From assembly GCA_012295275.1 (NCBI GenBank), contig CM022673.1:2108001-2172000 (forward strand): a DNA stretch of 64,000 nucleotides, written 5' to 3'. The notes beneath the pieces are model-generated. The model was not told the DNA's origin. It ran no database searches and worked only from the letters and a program-made list of their open reading frames with translations. This DNA comes from Chrysomallon squamiferum (lineage: Eukaryota > Animalia > Mollusca). Position 1 is the first letter of the stretch, and the number at the start of each line of letters is the position of its first letter. The position numbers and the translations under genes are program-made. Positions 14,810-28,700 of the stretch are shown here, piece after piece.

Positions 14810-16853
14810 CTTGTTGCTGTGGCCATCCATATACACTCATAGTCCATTTCATCTGTTTCTGGTTTGGTCTGAGAGGGAAGACTGGTGTTTATACTAAGAT
14901 ATTAGCTTGTACTAACTCTCCCGGTTTCTCCTCTTCTGTTCTCTCAGTCTCTGTTTGTTGCGGTGTCTCTCCATCTCTGCCTTCTCCAGAAGTTCCTCTT
15001 CCTCCTGTTGACACAAACAGTTTTTAGATCTTAATAGCAAATCAGCAGCCTAATTAATTCTGATGATGTTTTATTATTCTGCAGGTAAATTTGTAATGCA
15101 TATATTCTCGTATTTACAATATTGTGCATGTGCAAATACACAGACTTGCAAACAAACATATGCACAAACACATGCACACATATACACACACACATACACA
15201 CTCACTCACCCACTTGTATTTAAAACCATATTTTCATAGTAATTGACAAAATTTAAGCCATAACAAAGCCCAAGAGGGTCAAATTTAGTTCATACTTAAA
15301 TAAAATATTTAGTTGTTGCAGTCTTGCCTTCGAAAAAAAAAAACATTCATGTATAGGATATACCAAATATAAACCAGAATTAAATACTAACTGTAAAAAA
15401 ACAGTTAAAAAAAATATATATATACCTGTATTTTCATACATATAAAACCATGCAATGTTATTAAAACATGTTAGTTATTGATTTTATGATATTAAATAAG
15501 TGTTATATAACAAATAACAAAAACAAAACTGTAACAGCACTGTCATCTAAAAATACAACTGTCCACCTTATCATTAAGTTTGGCACCTGCAGTATGAAAA
15601 TACATACATACATACATACATATACATATATACATATATATTTTAAAAAGTATTTCTGTACATTAAATTGTATCCTCATGATAGCTTACACAGTATTATT
15701 CAGTAGGTTTTAGCAGTTCTTCAAGGAATCTGTAGCAGGGATTAAAGCTAGTGACTTACCTCAAATGTGGTGGACATTTCATTCTGTGACAGAGGAGGGT
15801 TTTGCCTAGGAACTGGCTGAGGTCTGGAGGTTGAGGTTGTATCCTGTTCAGGAATAACCTCCTCTTCTTTGACTGGTATCTGGTCAGCTAAAATAGAATA
15901 AAATATATTTTTAAAAATTAAGAAAAACAAACTGAGAAAAGAAGTGATTTTTAGATTGTTTCTTTAAAAAATTGGGCAAATCAAATAAGTTTGTATATTC
16001 TTTTGTGTGTGTGTGTGTGTATTTGTGTGTAAATTAATTCTGAAAAGACTATTTAAATATAAGAATTCTAGAATTAGAGATAATAACAAGAACAAGGAGA
16101 ATAAAAATAAAAATTTAAACATCCAAAAATACCAGAACCAAATATAAACTACTCTGTTTTTTTTAACATTGATGCTTTACTTATTAATGTTTTGTTTTAA
16201 AATTAAATTCATTTGATCTTCAAAATTTACTGCAATGACAGTAATGACAGTAAATACAATTTACTAAAATTCTCAATCCTTTATCCACATTACTTCTTTG
16301 TTCATTTACCCATTATTTAACTGCTATTTCAGTCATTTGAATTTATCTGTAAAATATACTTGGCTGTTTAATCCAGTAATTACAGCTATGTGTATACATT
16401 ATTGATTATTACTAATGATGTGCCTTAATTTCTAACTACATAGATATTTCTCTTTTTCTCACTAAATTCAGTATACTTTAATGTCTCACTAAACATAATG
16501 TGCCTTGACTTCTCATTACATATGGAGTATCTAAATTCTTCATTTTATACTCTAAGCATTTTAATTTCTCTCCAAGTTTTCTGTTTATAGGATTATAATG
16601 CAGACAAAGATACAAATGATCATTAAAATAAAACACAAAAATATAAAAATGTACTGATTAGTGTGTGTGTGTGTGTGTGTGTGTGAAAGTATGTCTAATA
16701 AATACAGGTAATTTTAACTAGAAATAAATATTTTTAGAAAATCTTTAAATAGTAGTTGTAGCTGTAAAAGTAGTAGAAGTGGTAGTTTTAGGAGTAATAA
16801 TAAGAATAATACAGATAACATAACAGAGGATATATATACAGTCACACAGATAC

Positions 16854-16906
<53 letters not shown>

Positions 16907-19900
16907 TACTGTCACAGCATAACAGATTAACAATTAATATTTTAGTACTGGATTTTCTTTGCATCACAAAACTAAAATTAATAATTAAAAAGCCAGAAGT
17001 AATGAAATATGTACATCATCTATAACAAAACACATCAGTGAAATGAATATGTTAACTGCTTATGTTAACTGCTTATGTTAACTTCTTATGTTAACTGCTT
17101 ATGTCAACTTCTTATGTTAACTGCTTATGTCAACTTCTTATGTTAACTGCTTATGTCAACTTCTTATGTTAACTGCTTATGTTCTTACTGCCAGATCTTC
17201 TTGGCTTCTTCCTTCTGAGTTTCCTAACTGAGGTGACTGTGTCACTGTTCTGGACATTTTCTGCCATGCTGGCAGGTTCCCCTCCTAGTGACCCATTCTC
17301 ATTAGATACAGCACTGTTCCTGTTTACAAACAGAAAGCAAAAAGTGATAGTAATTAACTGTGGATATGTAAGTTTTTCAGTTTGAAAGATACTTTTAGCA
17401 TACGTCTAATAAGATACAGGATACAGAATGCAAATAATATGATTAGTTAATGATGGAGATTTATTAATGTTTCAGTATGAAATATTTTTGATTTAATGCA
17501 TCTGGGATATGGGGTATACAAGTAGGATAATAATCCTTAAATTAAAATTTTATAAAAATATCTACAGAATTATAAATATAAAAAGAGAAAGAAGAAATGG
17601 ATCTATATGAAAACAAAATAACATGTACCACAAAATAAATTTTCTTTTTCATAAACCCAAACAAAGAATTATAATAATAATAGCAGATAATAAAAAAAAA
17701 AAATAATAATAATAATAATTATAGTAATGAAGAAGAAAACAAAGAAAATGTAAAATTAATCAAAATTAAATACAAAAATAAATCAAGATATAATGACAAA
17801 ATAAGACAGATCAGTGAAACTCATAGTATATCTGTAAGAATTCCCAGCTTATGAATATTTTAATACCTACTGACTTTTTTCTTTTTTGATTTACTTTAGT
17901 GTATGTCTCATTCATCTTACATTATACAAACTCATTAAAACATAGAAAACTGTGTTGTTGATGGTACTCATGTCATTATTATTTTGCCAACAATGCAATT
18001 AAATTAGTTAAATCTTTAAATAATTTTAAAACCCATAAGTTCAACAGTTTTGTTGTTGTTTTATTTTTTAAATAATTACACACACACACACACACATACA
18101 CACACACACACATATTCAATTATTAATTCACAAACATTCATTCCAATGTATATATTTTTATTATCTTCTGTCTTTAGAAAAAAAAAATTAATAATAATAA
18201 AAAAGAAGAAGAAATAATCTGGGAAAATATTTATTATAAAATTATCTTTAAACCACTGCATCCTGGATTTACAATCCAAATTCAAAATAATCTTTCTCCC
18301 TAAATATTCAGCACAAAACACAAAACAAACAAACAAAAAGTTTCTTCTCTAATTTAAACAAAAACAATTTAACATTTGATAAAAAATACTTATCAGTCAA
18401 TTAGTTTTATATGTCTGGACTCTGGGATATTCAACTCAACTTCGAAAAGACAAACAATTTATCTCCATAAACACTGACAGACAAATTATTGAAACAATAT
18501 TGAAAACACAAAAACACAAACAGTAATGAAAACACAAAAATACAAACAGTAACGAAAACACAAAAACACAAACAATAATGAAAACACAAAAACACAAACA
18601 GTACCTTTTTTTTCTTGGAACTCGCATCACATCCTCAGACATTTTGTGAGTTTCTGGAATTTTGGTCGACTCTGGATTAACTTCATAAGCCATTTTTTTC
18701 GGACTGGTTTGCATAAATCCAGAATCCTTGGCTGTGTTGTCTGCACATTCTGGATGTGATGCCCTCTCCTCATACTGCTCCTACAAGTCAGAAGAAGAAA
18801 AAATACAGTGAAAGATGAATAATTTATTAGAAAAGGTTTATATTGTTTCTAAGGCCTTTTTTTCTTTATTTGTGTTTTTCTTTCAATCACAGCATCATTA
18901 GGTATGTTTCAGTAGGATGATGAAAGGGGGAAAGCTGCAATGAAAGATGAATAATTAATTCAAAAAGGCTGATGTTGTTTCCATGTCTTTTTTTTCACAG
19001 CATCGTTAGGTGTGATTCAGGAGTGTAATAAAAGGAAAGACTTAATTAGTAGATGATGAATATTTAATGACAGAACAACAAACACATCAGATATGAACTC
19101 TCATCACAGACGATGTACAGCTACATTTATCTTCCAAGCTTGGAACCAGAGGTGATGTGCATTCTAGATTTTCAACTTTTCTGGGCCAAGGCTCAATATA
19201 ATAAACAGGGTAAAATAAGCAATGAAAAGTAAATAGAGAAATTGTACTTAACAGTTACAAATTAATTCACTTCTAAAACCTATTTTTCAAGTTTACTGGA
19301 AGCTGGATGATTGTCTGGTACATGCATTTAATGACAAACTCAATACAGGTTTTGTATGGATTTACTTACATAATGTCATATGTGTCATTATTTGTCATCC
19401 AGAAGGTTAAATATAACTGGTAATACTAATTTTACTGAACAGTGTAACAAAATAAATGTATAACCAGCGTGGTGCTGAATATTATAGTTATCAGTTTAAT
19501 ACCAGCATTTGTGGAAATTTAATATTAATAATTATTAAATGTAGATCAGAGGTTTAGAGCACTTGTCTGTGACATTATCTGAGCACTTATTAAAAATGGT
19601 TTTATTTCTGCCACAGCATCATGGTTCATTAATCAAAAGTCAGTGCATGCATTTCCCTGTTTAATCAAAGAAATATATACATATAAAATATTCCCTGCTA
19701 TTTACCAGTTATTAATTATGATTCACAATCATAAAGTGATGGAAATAGGTTTCTCTTCAACAGTCATATAAAAGATGGTATTAAATAAGTTGAAATTCAT
19801 TTCTGATATTAACTAATATATAAAAATATTCAGTTGTTTTATTTTTATTTTTCAAAAAGAGTATTTCTCACTGCCTGTATGATAACGTACAATGGGAGAT

Positions 19901-22679
19901 TCATATGTCTTCATATACATACATAGGTATGCTCATCTACATACATAATACACACACATAATCTCTATGTGTGTGTTAGAATGAATTTTTGCAAACAGAA
20001 TATAACTTGATGGAAAGACTAAAAAGTTAGACAAATAAATACACACATTCACATATACAAACACAAACAACTATATACACAGATCCTACATTCACATGCA
20101 TACACAGACCCTATTCATACACACACACAAACATATATACATATATACATACACACAATAAACATGTTCCACACACACACACACACACACACACATTATA
20201 AATTCAGACTAGCTCAATGCACAGAATAATTTTATTACATACATCTGCACATGAAAGAAACACACTTTTTGTAACTGTTACTGCAGTTCAGCATGAACAC
20301 AATGCACCTGAATGGGAAGTGATTGTATTCCAAAACAATTCATCCTGATTATTTCTAAAGCTTTAATCTAACAAAACTCATAAACCAACCATTACACCAA
20401 AGTCCAAATATAAACAAAAAAATACAAATCAATAACATTTTACAGTAGAAAAATTACGAGTATACAAATCACATGTGCTACATCAGTTTGTTAACAAAAC
20501 ATACAGACAGACAGATACAGCTTATTAACTAAAAATATTATTTACTTTTTGGATGAATAAAAGACCACTGTATGTCACAGTTAATTTTGAATTAATTAAT
20601 TATACTTCTGAAGGAGTTGTATACTAAATATATCCAACATTCCATGAGAATAATATCGCATTTGATCACTGCTTGATATATAATGATAATTCATTGTAAA
20701 TACAAATTACAATGTTTACAAAATCAAAGTATTTATTTTTATTTTTTTACCTTTGCACAAGATGAACACAAAACCATGGTATGTAACAGGTAAATCTGTA
20801 TTACACTTCAGTAAAGGTTTAGCACACTAAATATAGCCCATATTGCACTGGTGTAATATCAAGTTTGAACCTGTCATAATAAGCTGTTGAATGTGTGAGA
20901 CACACACACTTGAATACAACCAGGGTGATATATTTAATCAAGTGAGAAGAACTTGTGTAGAAAGTGCAACCAGGACAACAATGTATGGTTAAAATATTTA
21001 TTAGCTTACAGTAACTTTGGTGTGTCTGTAATCTTTATGTGCACGTGTTTGTAAATAGTTTGTCAACAGTTGTGTAAGTTTGTGAAATGTGGCTGATTCA
21101 ATTATAGTTTACTATTTTGATATTGATTTTTATGCACAGGCTAACAGAGTAGCATGCTGGTTCATGTGTTTTATATGCTAGTTATTAACTGGTGATATAT
21201 AATCAGTGATATGGTGGATTTCTAGCATGTGAATATATAAAAATGGAAAATTAAAAGGGTATTTAATTATGATTTTGATGTGTTCGTATACAACTATATA
21301 TGTTAATGTATGTGTGAGAGCAAATTCTTATATAAGTAAATATGTCTATGTGTCTGTATGTGTTTACAATTTTATGGTTGAATGCATGTACTAATGTTTG
21401 TAAGTGAATTTCTATGCTTGAGTAAATAAATGGATTTTTTTTGTGAGTGTATACAAGCATACTACAACACACAGACAGGCACACACACACACACACAAAT
21501 ACATATGTATGCATATATGTATGTATGTACGTATGTACCTATCTATCTATCTATCTGTCCATCTGTCCATACATCCATTCAGTTATCCATTCAGTCCAAC
21601 CATTCATGCATGTATCTCAACAACAACAAAAAATGTATATAAATGCACTTCACCTCTTGACCATCTCTGACAATTTTCACGAGATGCGGCTCCACCGATT
21701 TGCCTCCATCTTTGCCACAGCAACTTCGGCAACAAATGCAGATAAGTATCCACAAAAAGAGCACAAATACGAGACTGCCAAGAACTGCACCAATAATCCA
21801 CAGCTTCGAATCTGTCTGTGTCACTGGAGTTGTTGATGGAACTGATTCAGTCTGTTTGACGTAGGCTTTGGATGAAAAGAAGAAAAATAAGCACATTATA
21901 GAAATAATTTTCACATTTTAAATATATTAATAATAATTAATATGATGGTGGTGAAGATGGATGATCAGACAATAAAGATTAGTTATAATAAGAAAAAGAA
22001 AAAATTAAAATTAAAGAAAAGAAAATGTAAATTTGTAACAATAACAGTAAAAATAACAACACTATTAAGTATGTCTATCTGTGTGGTTTCTACAAATATA
22101 AATTAATAATTCTGCAGGTATTATTAAGTTTGACTAAAACTTACACACAAAAAGAAAATTCTGTTTATTATTATTATTAGAAATAGTAGTAGTAGTACTT
22201 CTGTTATTGTTTTTTATTTTATTTATTTATGAACATAAATGAACAAATACATATCAGATAAATGATGCTGTGCATAGAGATGAATGAATGGGTGGACAGA
22301 ATGAAAATATGAAAAAATGGAGAAAAAAACACAGACAGACAACAAATATGAAAAGAAATTAAAGTGATATGACATACAGATGGATACAGAAGTCTTTAAA
22401 ATAAATAATCTCTGTTATTACTCACTTTCAGCCTTGGAGACAACAACATGGCCGAGACCAAGAGCAACTTCCTGGTCATCCAGAAGACTGAGCCTCTCCA
22501 CGGCTGTCACTGCTGGAACAAGACTTCCCTTCCTCTCCACCAGGTACGTCAGGCTCACGTTGCTTGAGTCTCGGCTCACATTTAGCAACTGAAATTAACA
22601 GATTCCCGAAGCAGTGGTATCAGAATGTCTCTCTGTATGAGTATCTGTCTATATGTATGTGTATGTATGTATGTATGTA

Positions 22680-22710
<31 letters not shown>

Positions 22711-25700
22711 ATGTGTGTGTGTATGTTTGTATGTTTTATATGTGTGTGTGTGTGCGCATGGGTGTATGTGTGTCTATGGATAGATGGATGGATGTCGATG
22801 TGTACATGTCTATGGCTGTAAATGTGTATGTATGCAATGTATGTATGTTTATGTGTTTGTCTGAATGAATTTTTGCAAAGAGAATATAACTTGATGGAAA
22901 GAATAATAAAAAGTTGGACAAACGGATAGAATACAAACAATTGTGTATATATGTATGTATGTTTTTGCATGCATATATATATTTATATATATGTTTATGT
23001 TTGTGTGTATGTATCTATGTTTGTATGTATTTTTATGTGTCTGTGCATTAATCTGTATATGTTTTTGTGTGTTAATGCATATATCTGTATGTCAGTGTGT
23101 GGGGTTTTTTGTATGTGTGTTTGTGTGTCTGTACCTGGATACATGCATACCTGTAATTTAGTTTCTCCTGAAACAGCATATCGCTTTCTTCTTCTTAAAG
23201 GTTTGTAAGTTCCATTGTTAATCTGATCCTGTCGAATAAATGCTTGCTCGTACACTTCTGCCAATTTACTCTGCAGATCTTTGCGAAATGTTTCACTGGT
23301 GATGTTAATATTTCTGTTCACTTTTATTACTGGAAAACCAAAGATAATAGACAGTTGTTATTTTGTTATTTATGAGTATTTAAAAAATTAATTTTTTCTT
23401 ACATAAATCACCTAATCTGTTAATGTTATTGGAAATGTTTCTTTTCTTTGATCTTTTTTCTCTTTTTTTTTTTTTTTTTTTGATTTTTTTTTTTGATATA
23501 TGTTTCCCTTTTAGTAAACTAAAGCTGGATTTTATAAAATTGCTTGAACATGGATTAGTTCCATTTTGAAAAAAATCAAAGCCATGAAACAAATATTCCC
23601 AAAGGCAAACAAACTGAGCCTATTCAACTACTAGAATATAAGTTCTTGATATTATTTTGCCAAACCAAAAAAAAGAAAAAAAAAAGAAACAAAGTTGTTT
23701 CAAACGTATTTATTCCATAATGATGAATCAAAATCTTTAAAAGTAAATCTTACCTGTAACGACCCAGTAGTCTTTCAGAGCTGTGCTGGTATTCAGTGAT
23801 GGTGTTGTAACAGGTACTGTGGATGGTGCTGATGTAGTAGTGTTAACAGATGATGATGTACCTACAATGGTTGAACTTGTTACTGACATGGATGGCAACA
23901 CTGTTTCAGAATGGGTTGCTGGGGCACTCAGTGATGTCACTGAATCAAGGGGCGGAGTTACACTAGACACAACGGGAGATAACTGTACTGAATAACTTGT
24001 TGCTGTCTGAACAAATGAGGATGTTTCTAACACTGAGCTTATTGACGGTGAGGATGTCTCTAACACTGAGCTTATTGACAATGAGGATGTTTCTAACACT
24101 GAGCTTACTGACAATGAGGATGTCTCTAACACTGAGCTTATTGACAGTGAGGATGTCTCTAACACTGAGCTTATTGACAGTGAGGATGTCTCTAACACTG
24201 AGCTTATTGACGGTGAGGATGTCTCTAACACTGAGCTTATTGACAGCGAGGATGTCTCTAACACTGAGCTTATTGACAGCGAGGATGTCTCTAACGCTGA
24301 GCTTATTGACAGCGAGGATGTCTCTAACGCTGAGCTTATTGACAGCGAGGATGTCTCTAACGCTGAGCTTATTGACAGTGAGGATGTCTCTAACACTGAG
24401 CTTATTGACAATGCAGATGACTCCAGTATTGAAGTTGATGGTAATGGGGATAAGTCTAACAATGAGCTTATTGACAGTGAGGATGTCTCTAACACTGAGC
24501 TTATTGACAATGAGGATGTCTCTAACACTGAGCTTATTGACACTGAGGATGTCTCTAACACTGAGCTTATTGACAATGCAGATGACTCCAGTATTGAAGT
24601 TGATGGTAATGGGGATGACTCTAACAATGAGCTTATTGACAGCGAGGATGTCTCTAACACTGAGTTTATTGACAATGAGGATGTCTCTAACACTGAGCTT
24701 AATTGACAATGCAGATGACTCCAGTATTGAAGTTGATGGTAATGGGGATGACTCTAACACTGAGCTTATTGACAGCGAGGATGTCTCTAACTCTGCACTT
24801 ATTGACAATGAGGATGTCTCCAGTATCGAACTTGATGGTAATGGGGATGACTCTGATAATGAGCTTATTGACAATGAGGATGTCTCTAACACTGAGCTTA
24901 TTGACAATGAGGACATCTCTAACATTGAGCTTACTGGCAATGAGGATGACTCTAACACTGAAGTTGATGACAATGAGGATGTCTCTAACACTGAGCTTAT
25001 TGACAATGAGGACATCTCTAACATTGAGCTTACTGACAATCCAGATGACTCCAGTACTGAAGTTGATGGTAATGAGGATGTCTCTAACACTGAGCTTATT
25101 GACAATGAGGATGTCTCTAACACTGAACTTACTGACAATGAGGATGTCTCTAACACTGAACTTATTGACAATGAGGATGACTCCAGTATTGAACTTGATG
25201 GTAATGGGGATGACTCTGATAATGAGCTTATTGACAATGAGGATGTCTCTAACACTGAACTTACTGACAATGAGGATGACTCCAGTATTGAACTTGATGG
25301 TAATGGGGATGACTCTGATAATGAGCTTATTGACAAGGAGGAAGACTCTAACACTGAGGTTACTGACAGTGAAGATGATTTTGTCTGCTCACCTGATGAC
25401 ATGAAGCCTATACTTGGATGAAAGGAAGACAACTCATTAAACTGGCTAGATGCAGGCTGAGTCATGGTTTGACTAAATACAGGTAATTCCACTGAATCAC
25501 TGGACATTGTTACACTTCCACTTGAAACAGAGATTGCTGATTCTTGAGTCTGGGTAGGTAAATATTGAAATATACTTGATGAAAAGAGAGACATGTCCAT
25601 GGAAACTTCACTCTGAGATGAATGTATTGATGAAGTAGATAATGAAGGAATCCCAGCAGATGTAAATATAGGTATGTTTAGCGACAAAGATGTTTCACTT

Positions 25701-28700
25701 TTATCAAGAGGAGATGACTCTAATGATAATTCTGAATCTATGGACATGGTAGAAGCAGCTGGATTAACATTGGAATAAAAGTAGGAACTTTCCTGTGATA
25801 CAGTGAAAGATAGGCTACTCTCACTCTTAAGTATGGGAGTTGATTCCAGAGACATGTCAGTTAATCCTGACTGTAGTGTCATTGGAGTCAAAACTGGAAA
25901 AGCACTGGAAGGAGAAAAGTGAGACATTTCAAGTGACTCACTGGTGACTACACTAAATCCAGCTGTAGCAAAAGAAGACAATTCTTGTGGTAATGAAGAT
26001 AAATCTGACAGTGAAGGTGAAAACAGAAAGCCAATGGATGTAATGTCAGACATTCCCAATGATTCACTGGAGAACATGCTACTTTCACTTTTGTAAGGAG
26101 TTGACTCCAGAGTTGTAATTGGAAAACCTGATTCCAAAGTCAAAGTAGTCAAGCTAGGAGGGACATTTGAAGATAGCTGAGAAGCATCCAGTGACTTAGT
26201 AGTTAAATTATCTGTAGGAAAGGTAGATGATTCTAAAGACATAACTGATTCCTCTGAAGACGAGTATGGTAAGAGGTTGGAAGAAAAATGAGACATTTCC
26301 AATGATTCACTGGTTGACAAAGTAATTTGATCAAAGAGAGATGTCAAATCCAGAATGCTACTGGAAGGAAATAGAGACATCTCCAAAGATTGACTGGATA
26401 ATAAACTTATTTTATCAAAGGAAGATGATTCATGAGATGTAACCAGTAACTGTGATTCCTGTGATGATAAAGATGAATCTAGAAAGACACCTGATGTAAC
26501 GGAAGATGTGTCCAGTGACTCACTAGCTACTGCTGAATCCTTACTTATATCAGACAAAGAAAATTCCAATATCCCAGTAGACATACTTGGATTATAAAAA
26601 GATATTTCTCTTGAATAACTTGAAAAAGCCAAAGTTAAGCTGTGGTCTAAGGGAGATGACTCTAATGTGCTTGTAGGTAATATTGATAGATTTACTGATT
26701 GGCTTAACAGACTCTCACTGACTGACAATGATTGCAATAACTGACTAGACAAAACTGGTGTCACACTTTGACTAGAGGGAAATAACTCTGACAAGCTTGA
26801 AACCACTGGAGAGCTCATTTCTACAGACTGACTAGACATTACTAAAACTGTGGGCTTACTAGTGGGAAATAACTCTGTCAGGCTTGACAAATCTGAAAAC
26901 CTTAAAGAACCAGCAGACTGGCTAAGTGGCATATCCATACTTCCACTAAAACTAGGTAATTCTGAAGACTGACCAATGTTATCACTACTTTTTGAAACTA
27001 CCAGTGCACTATCTAATGTACTTGTAGAAGACATTTCAGGTAGCTGGGATGAAGGATTAAATGTTGTTAATGAACTTGCTGAATCAAAGTCAGAAATATT
27101 TGAACCATTAATTTTTATTGCTGAATTTGATTGCAACAAGAGATCAGAATGTGTTAGTATCACACTTGAGAATGGTAATGAAGTAGACTGTGCAGACAGA
27201 TCTGGAATGCTTCTAGCAAGAGAAGTTGAAAAATCTATAGAGCTATATGAAACAGATAAAGATGGTACATCTGGATTAAAATGTTTTGTTAATGTGCTTC
27301 CAACTGATACTGTTTGACTTAAACTTTCCATTATATTAACAGTTGCTGTTATATAACTGATGTCGGACAATGTGGAGGTGTCCATATCAGATCTAAAACT
27401 GGGGATATTTGGACTTTCTATGACAGATTGGCTATCAAACATATCAGCAGAGCTTTGTATAAAACTGGTATGAGATGGTCCTGCAGAACTAGAATCAGGC
27501 TCATTCATTAAAGAAGTGACTGCTGCATTTGTTGAAAATAAATATTCTGATAATGAACTTGGCATTTCACTTGAAATTTGAAACTCCTTTGACAAAGTCA
27601 TTAAAGGTGATGTTATCCAGAGACTTAAAGCATTTGATATCTTGGTTCCATCAAGTGTTTCTGACAGTGAAACACCACTAGCTGGGACTGAAGTAAATAT
27701 CTGATAAGATGCAGAAGATGATGGATATTCTGAAACAGTGAATAATAAAGACTGTGATATTGCAGGTACTGTCTGAGTGGCTTCTATCTGTGGCAGAGCT
27801 GATGTTATACTAAGCTGAGACTCCAGGCTTTGTGATGTTTCTGTGTTAAAAGATGTTATCAGGTCAGTGGTATTAGCTGTAAGAGAATCAGACACTGAGA
27901 CAGATTCTTCAGTTTTGTAATTTGGTGATGATTCCAGTGATGAGGGAATTAGAGACTCCAGACTTGACATTAAATACTGACTAGATGTAGCATCAACAGA
28001 TTCAGTGTAAATTGAAATTTCTGCTGTTCTTGCAGTAAAAGAATCTGGTCCTGTTTCAGTGGAATAATCTTTTGATTCTGGCACTGCTTCTGAAGTAAGT
28101 AATGTTAGGACACCTGAAGTTGTCATCAGGTTTGGAGAAACTGTAAGTAAACTTGATGTGGCATCAATGTGTATTTCTGAACTAGTGGTTGTTAGATATG
28201 ATGGCAAGAAAACTGTACCTGATCCAGTGCCATACATATCTGAATCTGCAGACAGTGATAGAGATGAGATTATTGCTATCCTTGTATTTGGAACATTGCT
28301 TCTAAACTCAGCAGTGGCTGAAGGTGATATATAACTGGTAAACAATGAAGATGTTTCAACTGACAAAGGCATTTTGGAATTTCCAGACATGATATTTGTG
28401 TCTGTGTGGTAATTGCTAACAGAAAGAGTTTCATAGCTTAACATTGATTCAATCTTAGATGCTGATGGCACTACTGGTGACTGATCAATCTTTGTTTGTA
28501 AGTCAGCTGTCATAGATAAATTTGATGATGCCTCTACAGATGATGAGTATATCACACTGTCTACACTAGCATTAACTTGAACAGTGTTTGGTGTCTCTGC
28601 TGAAGTTGAAAACTGTGTCAAATCACTGAAGCTGGTAAATGAAGGCTCTATTGTTCCAGCAAGAGATGTGGAATAAGCTGACTGAAACGCTGAATGACTT

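Noticed and set aside
14800-14916. Coding-looking extension of exon 9
   Set aside because: All three frames hit stops shortly after the GTTAGT donor
23963-24700. [11 protein letters not shown] repeat tail of the 1736-aa ORF
   Set aside because: Out-of-frame reading after the single-base insertion at 24701
23997-25421. Plus-strand 474-aa ORF with an acidic [11 protein letters not shown] repeat resembling shell-matrix acidic proteins
   Set aside because: Antisense shadow of the 33-bp coding VNTR; it changes character exactly at the 24701 indel and has no independent start or splice context
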